A stretch of DNA of 63,512 bases, counting the filler, from Collodictyon triciliatum (taxonomy: Eukaryota), in the NCBI GenBank assembly GCA_043381765.1. It is 10 parts of 10 records of this genome, joined end to end, with 100 filler letters (N's around TTAATTAATTAA, not from the genome) between each part and the next. Parts side by side here need not be neighbours in the genome. Positions count along the whole stretch, not along the records: positions 48,227 to 55,004 come from JBHJMP010004240.1; positions 55,105 to 61,888 come from JBHJMP010004241.1; positions 61,989 to 63,512 come from JBHJMP010004400.1; 7 more parts are not named here. One strand, 5' to 3'. The notes beneath the pieces were generated by a model. The model was not told the origin of the DNA. It ran no database searches and saw nothing but the letters and a program-made list of their open reading frames with translations. The position numbers and the translations under genes were made by a program. Shown here one piece after another: positions 50,275-63,512 of the stretch. Numbering within the stretch: position 1 is the stretch's first letter; each line of letters starts with the position of its first letter.

Positions 50275-53200
50275 CTAGTTGGACAAGAGCAAGTGGCTCT
50301 CGTAGACAAGCAACTGCTCCCGGAATCCGGGATTTGGCTGGATGCATCTGCGGATCGACTGCACGCGGCTGTGGGCCTCTCTGTAAGGAATGCGGTGTTT
50401 CTTCATCAGGTAGGCAATCACCACAGATGCGGATCGGGAGACCCCCATCACGCAATGCACTAGGATGTTTTCCTCTGCGCTTCGGTACTTCTCTGTGGTG
50501 ACTTTGTTGAGTGTGGTTGCAATAGATAGTGCTTATTCTTAAATCTCTTCAGAGAGGCGAAAGACGTGAAATCCCTGCTTCTTTCGCGTACTTTTCAGAG
50601 GGAAAAGAATGAAAAAGAGGCTGCGTTATAGAATGTTTTGGCGTACCTATAAGTTCAAATGTTGCGTCAAAGTGCGAAATTAAGTCGGCGTCGTCTTTGT
50701 CTTCGATGTCAATAGTGTGATATGTGACGGACTCTGGGAATCTGCAAAGGGCCTCGTCATCTCCACATATTTTCAGAACTCTGTATTTTGTAGAGAAAGT
50801 AAAGTAAAAAAAAAAAAAATAGGGAGGGGGAGAGTAATGGTTGTTCGGTTAAAATTCTCCTCATTCTGTTTTATTGTTCCTTCTTTTTTTTTTCTTCTTC
50901 TTCTTCTTAATTTGTCTTGGTCTTCAAAAATATATAAGAAATCGCAAGGTTTTTATTGTTTGGTAATAAGCTGAAGTCGAAAGGAAAACATACTATCTGT
51001 TAATCTAATAAAAAAAAAATAAGAATAAAAATTGCCTTGATATGTGATTCCGCTCCAGCTCCCGGTAATCGCTTGCGTGGTGGCGGTCCCCAAGATAGAG
51101 ATATGGTAGAATCATATCAGGCGCAGATGCAGCGTATTCACTGAAGCGTGTGACAGACGAGTAAAATGGGTCGTTGTACGAAATCAGATATCCCGGTGAG
51201 GTCTGCGTGGCTGAAGGCACTGGGAAGAGCTCATCATAATCTGTAGTTGTATCCAGACCGAGATGCTCGATTAGCCTGCCTTGGTCTTGAAGAAAGTATG
51301 CTCTGTCCAGTTTGCGAATCATGGACTGGTATCCTCCTGTGTTTTGCACATAGTGATTACATTTTCGAGAGGTGAAAATGTGACTGGGTTCACTTTGTAG
51401 TCGAACAGGGCGATGCCCCATCTGCGATATCCAGGATTATATATGTGGACAGGGAAAGAAAGAAAGAAAAAGAAAAAAGAAGAGGAAAAAAAAAAAAAGG
51501 AAAAGAAAAAGAAAAAGAAGAGGAAAAAAAAGAAAAAGAAAAAGAAAGAAAATCTCATCGTGTTTCAACCTGATATGATGCACACTTTCCCAGCCCCGGC
51601 TTTAACAAGGCCCAATGCCAGACGGACGGCTGGTGTCTCCTTGGAGAGGTCCTCGGTACATTCATCGTAGACGTAGAAACAGCGAGAAAAGGAGTTCCCA
51701 AAATGGCATCTCAGGCTGCACGGGCTAGTGCTCTTTGAGGCAAGCTCAAATAGGCACTCGTCGGGATTTTCTGACGATGGGGCAGGGATGTTGATGGCGT
51801 ATCTCAAGCGTTCGATATTGTAGAGAGACCTTGGCCTCGTGTCCAAAATTACATCTCGCTGTTGGCTCAACGTTGCCCTCAATGATTCGATGCTGTGAAT
51901 AACTTCAATAGAATTCAAGTGCATTGTCTTGAGGTCTGGGCTTTCAGTTTCACCCTCAGAATCAGAGCACTCGTTTTTGTAATCGGCATCATCTTCATCC
52001 CCGGAGTTATCGGAGGAATCCGAGTGAATAAACATACTGAGGAAGCTGGAGACTGACTTTGACTCGGTACCTATTGGGATGACCCGTGATATGTTAGAAA
52101 CTGCAACATAAACTGGCATGTTGGAAAATGTGACTTCTGTATCGATCAAAAGAATTCTTGATTTTAAAGATGAAGGCGGGACGGCCAAACAATACAGAGG
52201 GATAAAATGGGAGATACATATGTAACTTGCTCAAAATTACGTTGATTAGCCTTAGAACTATCGGCCTTCAGGGACTCCGCAATGCACTGTTTGCAATCTG
52301 ACGAATTGAGTGGCGCTCCTGATTGTATGACTATTCTGTGCTTGCAATTCAGTGTTCTTGATGGTGGATACGAGCTGCTGATAAACCTATAGGTACACCT
52401 GGACGATTCCTTATTCTCGTCAGAGTCCTCGTAGTCCTCTGTTTCATTCCCGCTATCTTCGCACTCATCATCTTGATCAAATTCTTCACAATCGTCTTCC
52501 TCGCCTTCCTCATAGCTTATTTCCTCGCTCCTGTCTTCCTCGTCTTCCTCGTCTTCCTCGTCCTCATCATCTTCATCCTCGCCATCATACTCTGCTTCAA
52601 ATTCATCATCTTCAGCCACACAAAAGTATGAGGATTGGTCACTGTGGTTCATCAGGGGTATATGGCATCTGTCCGGCCCCGCGCATTTGTCGTATATCTT
52701 GAATGGATTGTGACCGTCACTTTCGTAATGTTGTGCTTCAATTTGTACATATTCCAAAGGTACCTCTCCACTATGATTAGAGAGACACCCAGCGTTGGTA
52801 GACTTTCTTGAACCCAGCTCAGATGCAGAGCCATAGATTGCGTCGCAATCATCCTCATCAAGATGTGTCAACAGAGGAAATATGACGATTTTGTTTGATT
52901 CAAGACTCATATTTTCAAACATCGACTCCAAATTTGCTTCTAGATAAATCATATGAAATAAGAAAATGTGAACTATGAAAATCTCGATAAGCTAGCAGGG
53001 CGAAATATGGTGTGTTTTTTTTTTTTTTTGAAAAATATTAATTCAGAATAAGAAATATTACTTTCCAGAATGCTATATTGTCCTTTACTGTTCGAGGTGA
53101 CTAGGCTCTCGTTGCTTCCTTCATGCATATAAACATGATCGTAGTTCGAATGGGGCTCGATCCCGGAACTGTCCTGGGCGATGTGCTCCTGCAATTGAGA

Positions 53201-53968
53201 GTAAGAGCTGTGTGCAATATGTATCGCCTCATCATATATGACATCTTCACCATCGTCACCCTCATAGTGCTCTCCACAAATACTGACATATGACTCGGAA
53301 TCAGAGTGGAGAGCTGTTTCATTGATGGATTCCATTATGCTATGCGATGCATACTGAGTCCATTCCAATACCGAGTTGTGGCGCTCGACATCTGGATTAC
53401 GGTCCTTGTGGTTGCAAACGTGCGTATAGTCCCCTACAGCGCCATTCCCTGCTTCCCCGATTTCTTCTGGACACAAGGGTGCATAAGACACGAACTCATT
53501 GAGTGAACAAAGAGGGTGCTCTGCCATGGATTCATTTTCATCCAAGGCTGATAGGTAGAACGTGGCACTTTGCACATCATCGTCTACCAAGAGAAATGTC
53601 CCTGCACCTTGGGGTGGGAGATCGTTCAACTTCGTCTCGCCTACCTCACGAACATTTTGCATAGTGTTTGCGTTGATATTTGAAGATTCGGGAGAGTGCG
53701 AGAATGTGGACCCATTGTCGCTGTGAGCAGGGTTGCTGTAGTCTCGCTCGTCATTCTCAGCGAAGGCAGTTTGTTGCGAAGGGATTTGAAGATGGCCTAG
53801 TCCTTTGGGTACTTTACCTTCGTCAGATATGTTTGACGTATCGGATATGCTATCTACCACTCCTCTGCAATCTGCAGTGTAGTTCTCGGGATTGTTGCGG
53901 AATAGGTTAAATCCTTGCATGGCTTCGAAAATGGGTCGAAGAAGACCGAGGCCATAATGATGATCCAT
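50275..53968 (-). CDS. MAP-kinase-phosphatase-type dual-specificity phosphatase (long acidic N-terminus, rhodanese domain, DSP domain)
   Basis: Rhodanese ILDTRPRSLYNIERLRYAINI; ILPYLYLG; IDIED; catalytic VHCVMGVSRS; AYLM; IQPNPGFREQL. Confidence 0.9.
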
Positions 53969-55290
53969 CAAACCTTGTATCTGTAGTGTGAAGTAATGCG
54001 TATGTTGAGCATTCTATCATCTTGGATGAATTCAAAGGAAGAATGGGAAGAGAATTTGAGCGTAGCGCTATTATTATTCATAATGACCGGTAAAGTAAAG
54101 AAAATTTGCAAAAGCTAAGCTTGAATAAAAAGAAAAATATACTGAGGATAGTGGCGAGTTGAATGTAGCTCTTACAATAATATGAATTCTGTGAGGAGGT
54201 AATTTTTCTCTCGGTTTCTTTTCGGTCAAATAAAAAAAAAAGAGACCCGACCAATAATCAATTGATTTAGCAATCGACAAGAACAAAGTGTTTGATAAGA
54301 AACTTTTGAAACTGGTGATCGGTAAAGCACATTGAATAGAGTGGAGGGGATAAGTGTGCGGTGAACTCTTCTGCCAGAGTATCAAAAAAAGAGAGAACCC
54401 CCAACGGATTACTTGTGGCCCACTGATTTGTTTGAGCAACGACGCAGAGTTGGCAGTTCCAAACAGAGGTAAGGAAAACCCAGGGAAGACTTTCTGAGGG
54501 AAAAAGGGCACAAATTAGAATGATCTGTATCCGTAGTTTAACACTTTACAGGAGGCATGAGAACAGTAATATATGCATGGAAAGGATCAAAGTTATTTTT
54601 ACCAATACGTTTATATATAGAGCGAAATTCTTTGTTGTCGCTATTTGCTTAGCGTAGACAAACATACCTGTAGCTTGGCGACAAAACTAAGTTTGCGCTC
54701 TCTTGTCGAGGATCAGTGGGTCCTAGAATGAAACAAGCAAAAAAAAAAAAAAAAGGAAATCCTTTTGAATATGGCTACATTTATTGCAAAATATTATGGG
54801 GTTCTACTAAATTGGTGGGCGTTAGGGTTAGGCTACAGAATGTTATTCCAAAACAATAACCATGGAGGTATCCGATGAAATAAGAACAGGAGTAGGGCGA
54901 AAGAGATTTTTTTGTTTGTTTGTTTGTTTGTTTGTTTGTTTGTTTGTTTGTTTGTTTGTTTGTTTGTTTGTTTGTTTGTTTGTTTGTTTGTTTGTTTGTT
55001 TGTTNNNNNNNNNNNNNNNNNNNNNNNNNNNNNNNNNNNNNNNNNNNNTTAATTAATTAANNNNNNNNNNNNNNNNNNNNNNNNNNNNNNNNNNNNNNNN
55101 NNNNTTTTTTCTCTTTTTTTCTCTTTTTTTCTCTTTTTTTCTCTTTTTTTCTCTTTTTTCTCTTTTTTTCTCTTTTTTCTCTTTTTTCTCTTTTTTCTCT
55201 TGTTACCTCTGTTCCCGTTTTTTATCTCTTTTGTATCTTTTTTAACTGATTTATTTACTATAGTCCATAGCGGATATATTCCATTGAAGA

Positions 55291-56751
55291 ATGACTGCTC
55301 CTGGCGACGATTTTAGCGAAACTTTTTTGGAAACCATTTTGAATCTCGAAGGTTGCCTAACATACAAATTGTTGCTGTTTAGTTTTATATATAACTGCAC
55401 AATTCACTTGTGCATCTTTATCTCATTTTATGTTACTTATTTATTTTTTTACGCCGTAGTCTCTTTTGTTTTAACTGTCTTTTTTCTTCATTATCTTATC
55501 ATTTTATATCACAAAATTTTGAATCTGAATCAGAGAGAGGACGATTATATATAACATCTCATCAAAACTAACTAATTCAACACCCACTCGACATGACCAT
55601 AACTTAAGAGATCGACACAAACCTATATCGAGGCTTCACTCCTCTCAAGTTTAGCAATGTCAGCACCTTCCGAACTAAATCTCTTTAATCTGATATTTGA
55701 TGCTTGATGTTTGATGTTTGATGTTTGATGCTTGATGCTTGATGCTTGATGCTTGATGCTTGATTCTTGAGTCTTGAGTCTTGAGTCTTGAGTCTTGAGT
55801 CTTGAGTCTTGAGTCTTGAGTCTTGAGTCTTGAGTCTTGAGTCTTGAGTCTTGAGTCTTGAGGGACACTCAACCAATATCAATTAAATATTGCTGTGTTT
55901 ATTTGTCGAATCTGAATCCATGAAAAATCCCTATTTTTATGAGTTTCTTTTTAATCAGCTTCTCGTATCGATGCTCATGACAGAGAATATTTGGAGGGCA
56001 AACACTGGGCCAGTCGTTAGCCGCTGCTGGGAAAACTATCGAGGCTCCATATGTTGTCCACTCTATGCATGCCTACTTCCTTCGCCCAGGTGATGTAAAG
56101 GTTCCAATCCTCTATCAGGTAATTTTATTCGATCTTTCTTTCATTGTTCTTCTGAATTTAAACTATCGCTCCTCACTTCGTTCATTACTTTATCACTTCA
56201 TTATTGCCTTAAGAAGGGAACATACAAGTGGAAAAAAAAATAATGAAACTATCAAGGTTGAGAGAACTCGGGATGGGAAAAGCTTCACAAATAGGCAGGT
56301 GGTTGCGTACCAGAAAGGAAACCCCATTTTTACCGTCGGTGTTTCCTTTCACATCCCGTGCGACTCCATCTCACATCAGTACCCGATGCCGAAAGTCCCA
56401 TCACCCGATGAAGTCCCCTCGATGAAGCAGCGCATCATAAAATACTCTGAGGACATGCGCCTGCCGGTACGTGTAAGCCATACCACGCCCGAATAATCCA
56501 ACTATTTTCATATTTTCATCTCTGAGTATGTTATTGTACACAAACGCTGATGCTACATCCTCTCATTTATTCCTTTCAAGCATTTCTCTTAGGTCTTGTG
56601 TAACTAATTACCTAAATATGCCCTTTTACATAATCGTATAGGAGAGACTGCGAGAGCAACTCAGAAAGTCTGCATCGCTTCCATTCCCCTTCGAAATGAG
56701 AAGGATTACAGACTTTGACTCGTTACACCCAACCCGCACAGATCCTATTCA
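55291..56751 (+). CDS. ACOT8: Acyl-CoA thioesterase II (TesB/ACOT8), N-terminal half
   Basis: ILNLE|EIDTNLYRG, RIFGGQTLGQSLAAA, VHSMHAYFLRPGD, VERTRDGKSFTNRQV. The C-terminal hotdog domain is not seen after the gap at 56816. Confidence 0.88.
55697..55862. repeat. 7-bp intronic repeats (TTGATGC/TTGATGT)n and (TCTTGAG)n
   Basis: Tandem heptamers. Confidence 0.92.
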
Positions 56752-57778
56752 GGTAAACCACTCTTTCCGTGTCATTTAACGGTACAGTGTTTTGTTTTTG
56801 GTTTTGGTTTTGGTTNNNNNNNNNNNNNNNNNNNNNNNNNNNNNNNNNNNNNNNNNNNNNNNNNNNNNNNNNTTTGGTTTGGTTTGGTTTGGTTTGGTTT
56901 GGTTTGGTTTGGTTTGGTTTGGTCTGCCTAGTGAAGCTCTGTGGAACTTCGCGACTCTTTCACGAGAATCTCTGATAACTCCCATGTCTACTCCTGCGGC
57001 AAAGTGAGAGATCAACCGAAGAACCAGCGGCGAGGAAGAATAAAAAAATGACCATGACCACAAAAGTTCTGCGATTTCAATCATATAGTATTCTTCTGGA
57101 CAATATTTATTATAGTGTTTAAAATCTTCATAAAGTCTATAACGACAACAGTCGTACATTACAACGCAACATCAAAGTTAGAGCAACGTTAATTGTATGT
57201 CTTGCCATCACCCGCCCTAGAGGAATATGGTACTTGCAAGATTGCGTCAAACAACAGACATAGAGATTGTTAGCAGCCGAATGACACTATTGAAAAGTAG
57301 TAAGCAACCACGAGATGGTCATGCAAGGCAAGCTATTCAAGAATCTGTATTTCGCGAGGCTCTCCAGCTTCTGTACATTGATTTTTCGTTAGGTTGAGTC
57401 ATTAGGGCGAGAGAATGCACGCAAAATCCATCCATACTACATCACATGTCCCTTGTGACTGCCGCGGGTATTACAGAGTCGTGGGTCATTTGGAATTGTT
57501 GGCCAAATAGGATGTCAGACACGCTCAGTCGGTTTGGGGGCATAACCAAACTCGGGGAGTATATTTTAGACATAAATAACTAACACAACTCAACCAACCC
57601 GAAGTAGCCAATATTCGCCGTTGTGTCTAGTCATTACTCGATGAGTATCGCAATCCTTGCTCCACGAATTCTGAAAAGACAAAAAAAAGTGTCAATCACA
57701 GGCAACGGAATACTTCCACCAAAAGGAGACCGCAGAGAGCGCGATGCAACTCTCACAGGCCAGAAAATAAAAAAGAAC

Positions 57779-57850
57779 TGGAGATAACGGGGATCGAACC
57801 CATGGCCTTTCGCATGCAAAGCGAACGTGATACCACTACACCATATCCCC
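57779..57850 (-). tRNA. tRNA-Ala (anticodon UGC)
   Basis: GGGGATA...TATCTCCA acceptor stem with G3:U70; anticodon arm TTCGC-TT-TGC-AT-GCGAA; T-loop GTTCGATC; downstream T-tract. Confidence 0.95.
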
Positions 57851-58344
57851 TGCCTTACTGTCCTCCATTAATTAATCACTATAATTAACCACTATACTTA
57901 ATCGATTTTATAATGCGCTCTATTGTCGAGATTTTCGCTTAATTCAATCAACTTCGGAAACAAATCATTCAGTGAAACATTACTCCTTGGATGGTTTTCC
58001 ACAGATTTCGGTTTATCTTCCACCAAGAATGCTAACCGAAGAAATTCAAATCTGCCTCACACGCAACCCAAGAATCCTCGATCAAATCCAAATCCACAAA
58101 CCTCGGCTGAAGCAGAAGGCCGCATCGCACAAACACCTGCCCAGAACCAATCGACCGCAGCCTCCAACCCGGGCGATCAAAAGCGCCCGCATTGTGCGGC
58201 TCCGAGACTGGCAACTTGCATCGTCCGCACTCACCTTTCACAATAACCCACCAAGCAGAGACTCCGATCCTCAAAGCTCCCACAGAAAGAAAAGCCTCAG
58301 CGCGCCCGACTCCGCAGACACAACCAGACTACACAGACTAGAAT

Positions 58345-59222
58345 ATGGTATTTATACTTTTACTTTGTTTTGCACCTGCCTTCTCTCCTTTATTATCTTT
58401 TTTCTTTTTGTAGTTCTTTCTTTCTAGTTTGGCTTATTGTTGCGATTGGAGTTGTCGCTGACGACAGTCTCTCTAAGTTGACGTTGACTTGATATGCTTG
58501 TGTGGAAACTCTAGGCCTCAGACTCCAAGAAGGAAGAGTTTCGCAAATACCTGGAGCGCAGCGGTGTCATCGACTCACTCACGAAAGGTCGTGTACTTGT
58601 TTTTCTTACGTGTCATTATTTTCCTTTTTCTGTCTCTTTTCTCCTGTCTGTTCTTTCCTGTGTCCAAGGGTTACATGACGGAGAGGCTATCTTTGTTTTC
58701 TTATTAACTGTCCACGCTTTGTGCTCTTCTTGAATACAGTTCTTGTCGGGCTCTATGAGGAACCTGAGAAGCCTTCAAATGCCCTCGAGTAAGTCTCTGA
58801 CACTCACGCACGCAATGACACATCTCGCACCTAAATATCATCGTTGTTGCTAAACTTCACTTTCAGAGTGTATCTTACTTTTATCTGATTCACTTCCCCA
58901 GCTTCGTGAAGCAATACTTGGGCGCACCGATCGGCGTTGATATTGACCAGCTGAAGACCGAAAATGAGAACCTCAAGAAGGAGAACGAGGAGCTAAAAAA
59001 GAAGCTCGCTGAACTTCAGAAAGTGAGCCCATCAACCTCTCTGTATTCAAGCTCGACAATCACTTTTTTTTTATATTCTCTTTCTCTTTCTTATTCTCTT
59101 CCTATTTCCATCTTATTTCCATCCTATGTATCATTATAGGCTCTTTTTTTTTTTTTTATTCACGGACACACTATCAATCATTTAACTCCATTCTGTTCCA
59201 TTATAATAACACCAAATAGTAA
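58345..59222 (+). CDS. MYCBP: c-Myc-binding protein (MYCBP/AMY-1/FAP174)
   Basis: Spliced M|ASDSKKEEFRKYLERSGVIDSLTK|VLVGLYEEPEKPSNAL|DFVKQYLGAP...LKTENENLKKENEELKKKL. The 3' end is tentative. Confidence 0.9.
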
Positions 59223-59699
59223 GCCACTCCGAAGAGTCTCGGTTCGCCTCTTCACGCCATGTCACATGTCTAAGTGCAAGTGCGATGCAGACCATGGCTC
59301 CAAAGGGCGAGCGTCTCTCCATTCCACTCAATAAGCTGTTCTCTTTTCATTTTTCCTCCTTGCTCCTTTTTCTCCATTCATTTTCTATCTCTTTCTGCAC
59401 TTTCTTTATCAACCTTTATTGAAGGAAAAGACAGAAAGAGAAGCCAACTCCATGGAAAATGAAAGCCAAAAAAACAGCAAACAAATTAGCATCCCTATCG
59501 CACTCACAGTCCCTCTGTGTCTTTCTGTCTGCCAAGCCTCTGTTTATTTACCACAAACATTATGCCACAAGTGCATGAAGGAGCCGAGAGAAGAGACAAA
59601 AACTGAACCATCGCCCACTCGGCTCCGCTGCCAACCACACGTCCCTACCTGCAGGCCATTCCCGAAGCGCTCCTTGGAGAGCCGGATACGCCGCTTCCA

Positions 59700-61723
59700 T
59701 CACAGCCTGCAGAACTCATCACGCATCAGACTCGTCCCAGGCTCCGGGCCTTCTGCGGGGCTGTCGGGTCGGCAAGTCATCAGCGTCTGTCTTTGGTGGA
59801 ACAGCCGGCACTGAGAGAAGAGCCAGAGAGTCACGCAGTGGACAATCGCCTCAGTCGCATCGTGCCTGTTTGTGTCTGGAACCTCGTCGCTTCTACCAAA
59901 GAGCTCGTGCCTGACGAATGGCCATGTGTGCAGGGTTTTGTCACTTGATGCGCACGCCTCGAAGAACTAGTGTATGAGTGTATGTACGTGTGATTTGATC
60001 GCATCATCATTCGATTCATGCTATTTTATGCCATGCTATCGGGCAAAAGGTAGAGAAGCCAGGACGATGGAATCGCTGCTTACATTTGATGTCGCATTCG
60101 GACATGCCAGCTGTGTGGAGATGGGCGCGTGGGAAATGGAGTGTGTTAGGCGACGTGAGAGTGTGACTCGTGATATGGTTTTTGCAATTGCGTGTTGCGT
60201 GCGTTTGTGTGCACATAGTAGATGGATGTGATGGATGTCTCTGCACCCCAGGATATTTGCACTGAGAACCTGGTCGTTGGCTCCATGGATGACAAGGAGA
60301 GGGAGAGAGAGTTCGTGCGGCTGCGACCGTATTGAATCCACAAAGTCGTGTATGTGCAGCGTCGCTTTTGTGTCGATCACAGGTGGGTCGCCAGCTCCGA
60401 TGATGGATGCGATTTGGTGTCTGTTGGGCGAATGTTATGACTCTTTGCACTTCTGAATAAAAGAGAAAAAAATTATCTTGCAAAAAGGATGAAATAGAAC
60501 ACGATTAGTGGGGGAATATCCCCCCAAAACCATATCCCACAAAGCGAACAGTTAAAAGTCGTGTGTCCCGATTGACGATTGTGAGGGGGATACGAAAAAG
60601 AAATATGCATATGTTGCGTGCACTTGTACATGGGCGATTGCACTTCGTGATGCAAGAAAGACGGGCCACGTTTGATGCTCTGGCTCTGGCTCTGCTCTAT
60701 CATCAACCTCAGCCACGGAGAGAGCATCACAAGTCCGTCAATCGGGGCCTCTCTTTTGCGCTCTCTTCTCTGGCTTCCTGCCTCTGCCGGTCTGGTCATT
60801 CCGTCATACGAGCCAGTGCGGAAAAAGACTCTGGACTGCCCCTCTCTGTAGCGTCGACCTTGCATCTCGGTTCGGTCTTCGTCTGCAGCAGGCCGCGACG
60901 TTTGGTCATACGGAACAACAGAACCCAATTCTGACTCAAAGTGGCTGCCATTCTCACCGCACCGCACACCCATATCACTCCAATGAATCGAGCTTCCTCG
61001 ACTCCTTGAAGGCTGTTTCGCAGAAGCGTCCAGGACGTTTTGCTTGATTGCTTGCGGCCGCAACCCTCGGCATGAATCGGCAGCAGAGAGCGCCCCAAGT
61101 CCCAACCCAACCACAAAGACTGGCCGGTGTGGGATTTGAGCGTAGACGACAAGGTGCCTGACAGCATCACTCATGGCGCTCATTTCGCTGTGCGCGTTTT
61201 CTATATGAGAAAAGACGGTGTGTTGGACTCTAACGTAATCACCACATCGCAAAATGATATCGACCGCAGACAAACCTGTCCATCCCATCACAAAAACACG
61301 GAATCCTGAGAACGCAAGGCTCTGCGCAAAAGCATCGCAGGATTGCGGGTTAGAAGATACGAGCGGGGGCACAATTAGCACCACTGCCAAAGCAGAGTCC
61401 GACTCGGCTGCTCCCTGGAACCCAGCACGAGGTGAATAGAACGCACCGCTGATGTGGTTTGATTCGCGTGTTTGCCGCTCGAGTATCCAACGTCCTCTCC
61501 AAAGCCCAGCGTGACTTTCCTCCGCAGAACTCATCGGCAAATGCAGCGCCCACTTTGGCTCGCTGTCGGCTTTTTCCTGGCGGAGTGGCAGAGGCGGTGT
61601 TCTCCATTTGGCCGGGTTGTTGTGCAGTGTCGGCTGTTGTGTGTGCTGCTTCGTGGGTGGCTGTACGCTTCTTTGGCCGCCAAGCAGAGTCGACAAGTGT
61701 GGTGTTGACATGACCTTCTTCAT
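59700..61723 (-). CDS. Monoglyceride-lipase-like alpha/beta hydrolase lacking the nucleophile Ser (probable pseudoenzyme)
   Basis: FAQSLAFSGFRVF, PVFVVGLGLGALSA, IDGLVMLSPWL, LPLLVIHGANDQ, FFEACASSDKTLHTWPFVRHEL. Confidence 0.72.
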
Positions 61724-61785
61724 CGTCGTGACTTCCTTGCTTGCAGGCGCTCGTGTAGTGTCTATATAGCTTGTTTTGCTTTGTG

Positions 61786-61888
<103 letters not shown>

Positions 61889-63284
61889 NNNNNNNNNNNN
61901 NNNNNNNNNNNNNNNNNNNNNNNNNNNNNNNNTTAATTAATTAANNNNNNNNNNNNNNNNNNNNNNNNNNNNNNNNNNNNNNNNNNNNAAAAAGAGATAT
62001 AAAAAAAGAGATATAAAAAAAGAGATATAAAAAAAGAGATATAAAAAAAGAGATATAAAAAAAGAGATATAAAAAAAGAGATATAAAAAAGAGATATAAA
62101 AAAAGAGATATAAAAAAAGAGATATAAAAAAAGAGATATGAAAACAAAACCCTACTGCAGAGACACATACAAGCATTTTAAATTATTACATTAATATGAG
62201 TGGACTGTACCATCCTGCACAAAATTAAAAGGAAGAATAAAAAAATATGGGTAGACTGTCTCTATGAAACCATTCAAGATATATTTGAACCAAATAAGAG
62301 TGACAAAAGCAATTGCTTCGTAGAGTATGCGGCTTCGTGCTTGCATGGTTTCGGATGACACTTAGATGACTTTGTATGTGAATATATGAAATGCGAACTA
62401 GATGCCGAATACACGAGGACACTTATGAATATCAATTACCCCACTTCAGCCTTGTTTATTTTTATTTGTTGCACCCGTTTTTTTTGAATAAACTAAAACC
62501 ATCCTTGCCGCAAGGTTGTTGATTGCAAATAGGTAAAAATTTTCTTTTTCAAAAATCTTTCGCAGACAGCAGAGGAAAAAACGAGACTAAAATACCTTAC
62601 GAAACAATCATAAATTCGAGTATCTCTTGAATCAAGAGTGACTTTTGGAGCATGCAAACCAAAATATCAGCCCTGGAAATAATTCCAAATTACATAATAA
62701 GATTCACAAATCTATTCATGATTATTACTATGACCGTAATATTTATGCCTTCACTTAAGTTGTCAATTATTTTTTAAGAAAGCTTTGAGTTAAAAGGTAT
62801 TTCCAGCGATTTTTTTTTTTAAAAAAATACATTAATACGAAATCAAATAATTAGAATAGACTACAGTAAGGCTTTTAAAATGTTTGTCTGCGCTAGGTTG
62901 TTTCTAGATATGCACTTATTTGAATTTTTAAGCTAGTTAAAATCATGGATTTAAAGGTGATTATTGTTGATGAAAAAACAGAATTCCCTTCAATATCACA
63001 TCATCTACCACCTGCAGAGCGAACCATTGAGTCAAATATAAAATATTGTGTTTGCCCTTACTATTAGATTCCTGCAAAAAATTTCCTGCTTCTTTTACCT
63101 TCAGAACCTTTTTTTTTTGTAGCCAAGACCGCGTATAATTACATTTTTAGCCACAATTTTGTTTGAGGCATGTTTTTCATTCTAATATTATTCCCACACC
63201 AAAACGGAAGATTTTTTTTTCACGTTTTGGAAGCCTCCCTTCTGCATGATTTTTAATTCAACCCTAGCAGGCCAGAAAATTATA

Positions 63285-63512
63285 ATAATAACAATAATAA
63301 CAATAACAATAACAATAACAATAATAACAATAATAACAATAACAATAATAACAATAATAACAATAATAACAATAATAACAATANNNNNNNNNNNNNNNNN
63401 NNNNNNNNNNNNNNNNNNNNNNNNNNNNNNNNNNNNNNNNNNNNNAACAATAATAACAATAATAACAATAATAACAATAATAACAATAATAACAATAATA
63501 ACAATAATAACA
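63285..63512. repeat. (AACAAT/AAT)n microsatellite with internal gap
   Basis: Tandem run up to the window end. Confidence 0.9.

Noticed and set aside
62225-63245. Probable minus-strand exons in the last contig
   Set aside because: I could not build a consistent frame or assign a family.

Overview
Intron-rich eukaryotic (protist) DNA using the standard genetic code. The window is not one locus. It is about 10 unrelated ~6.8-kb contigs joined by N-padded TTAATTAATTAA linkers, and most contigs end in microsatellites, so gene order across linkers carries no meaning. Genes I could splice by eye: partial TRRAP/Tra1, partial VPS13, an LRR protein, BUD23, a talin-F3/PTB-like protein, an FG-GAP protein tail, TEX47/DYBLUP and MYCBP (both suggest a flagellated organism), an S1/P1 nuclease, a rhodanese-DUSP, TesB/ACOT8, tRNA-Ala(UGC) and a Ser-less alpha/beta hydrolase. 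The three most interesting signals are: (1) a GC-rich gene fusing ankyrin repeats to a Dictyostelium-type STAT core (putative DNA-binding domain, linker, SH2, C-terminal Tyr); (2) an NLR-like STAND NTPase carrying one-repeat-per-exon TPRs plus an intronless pentapeptide/near-identical hypervariable WD40/SEL1 module; (3) further one-repeat-per-exon TPR and LRR genes. Together these hint at a protist innate-recognition toolkit. All family calls come from remembered motifs, not database searches.
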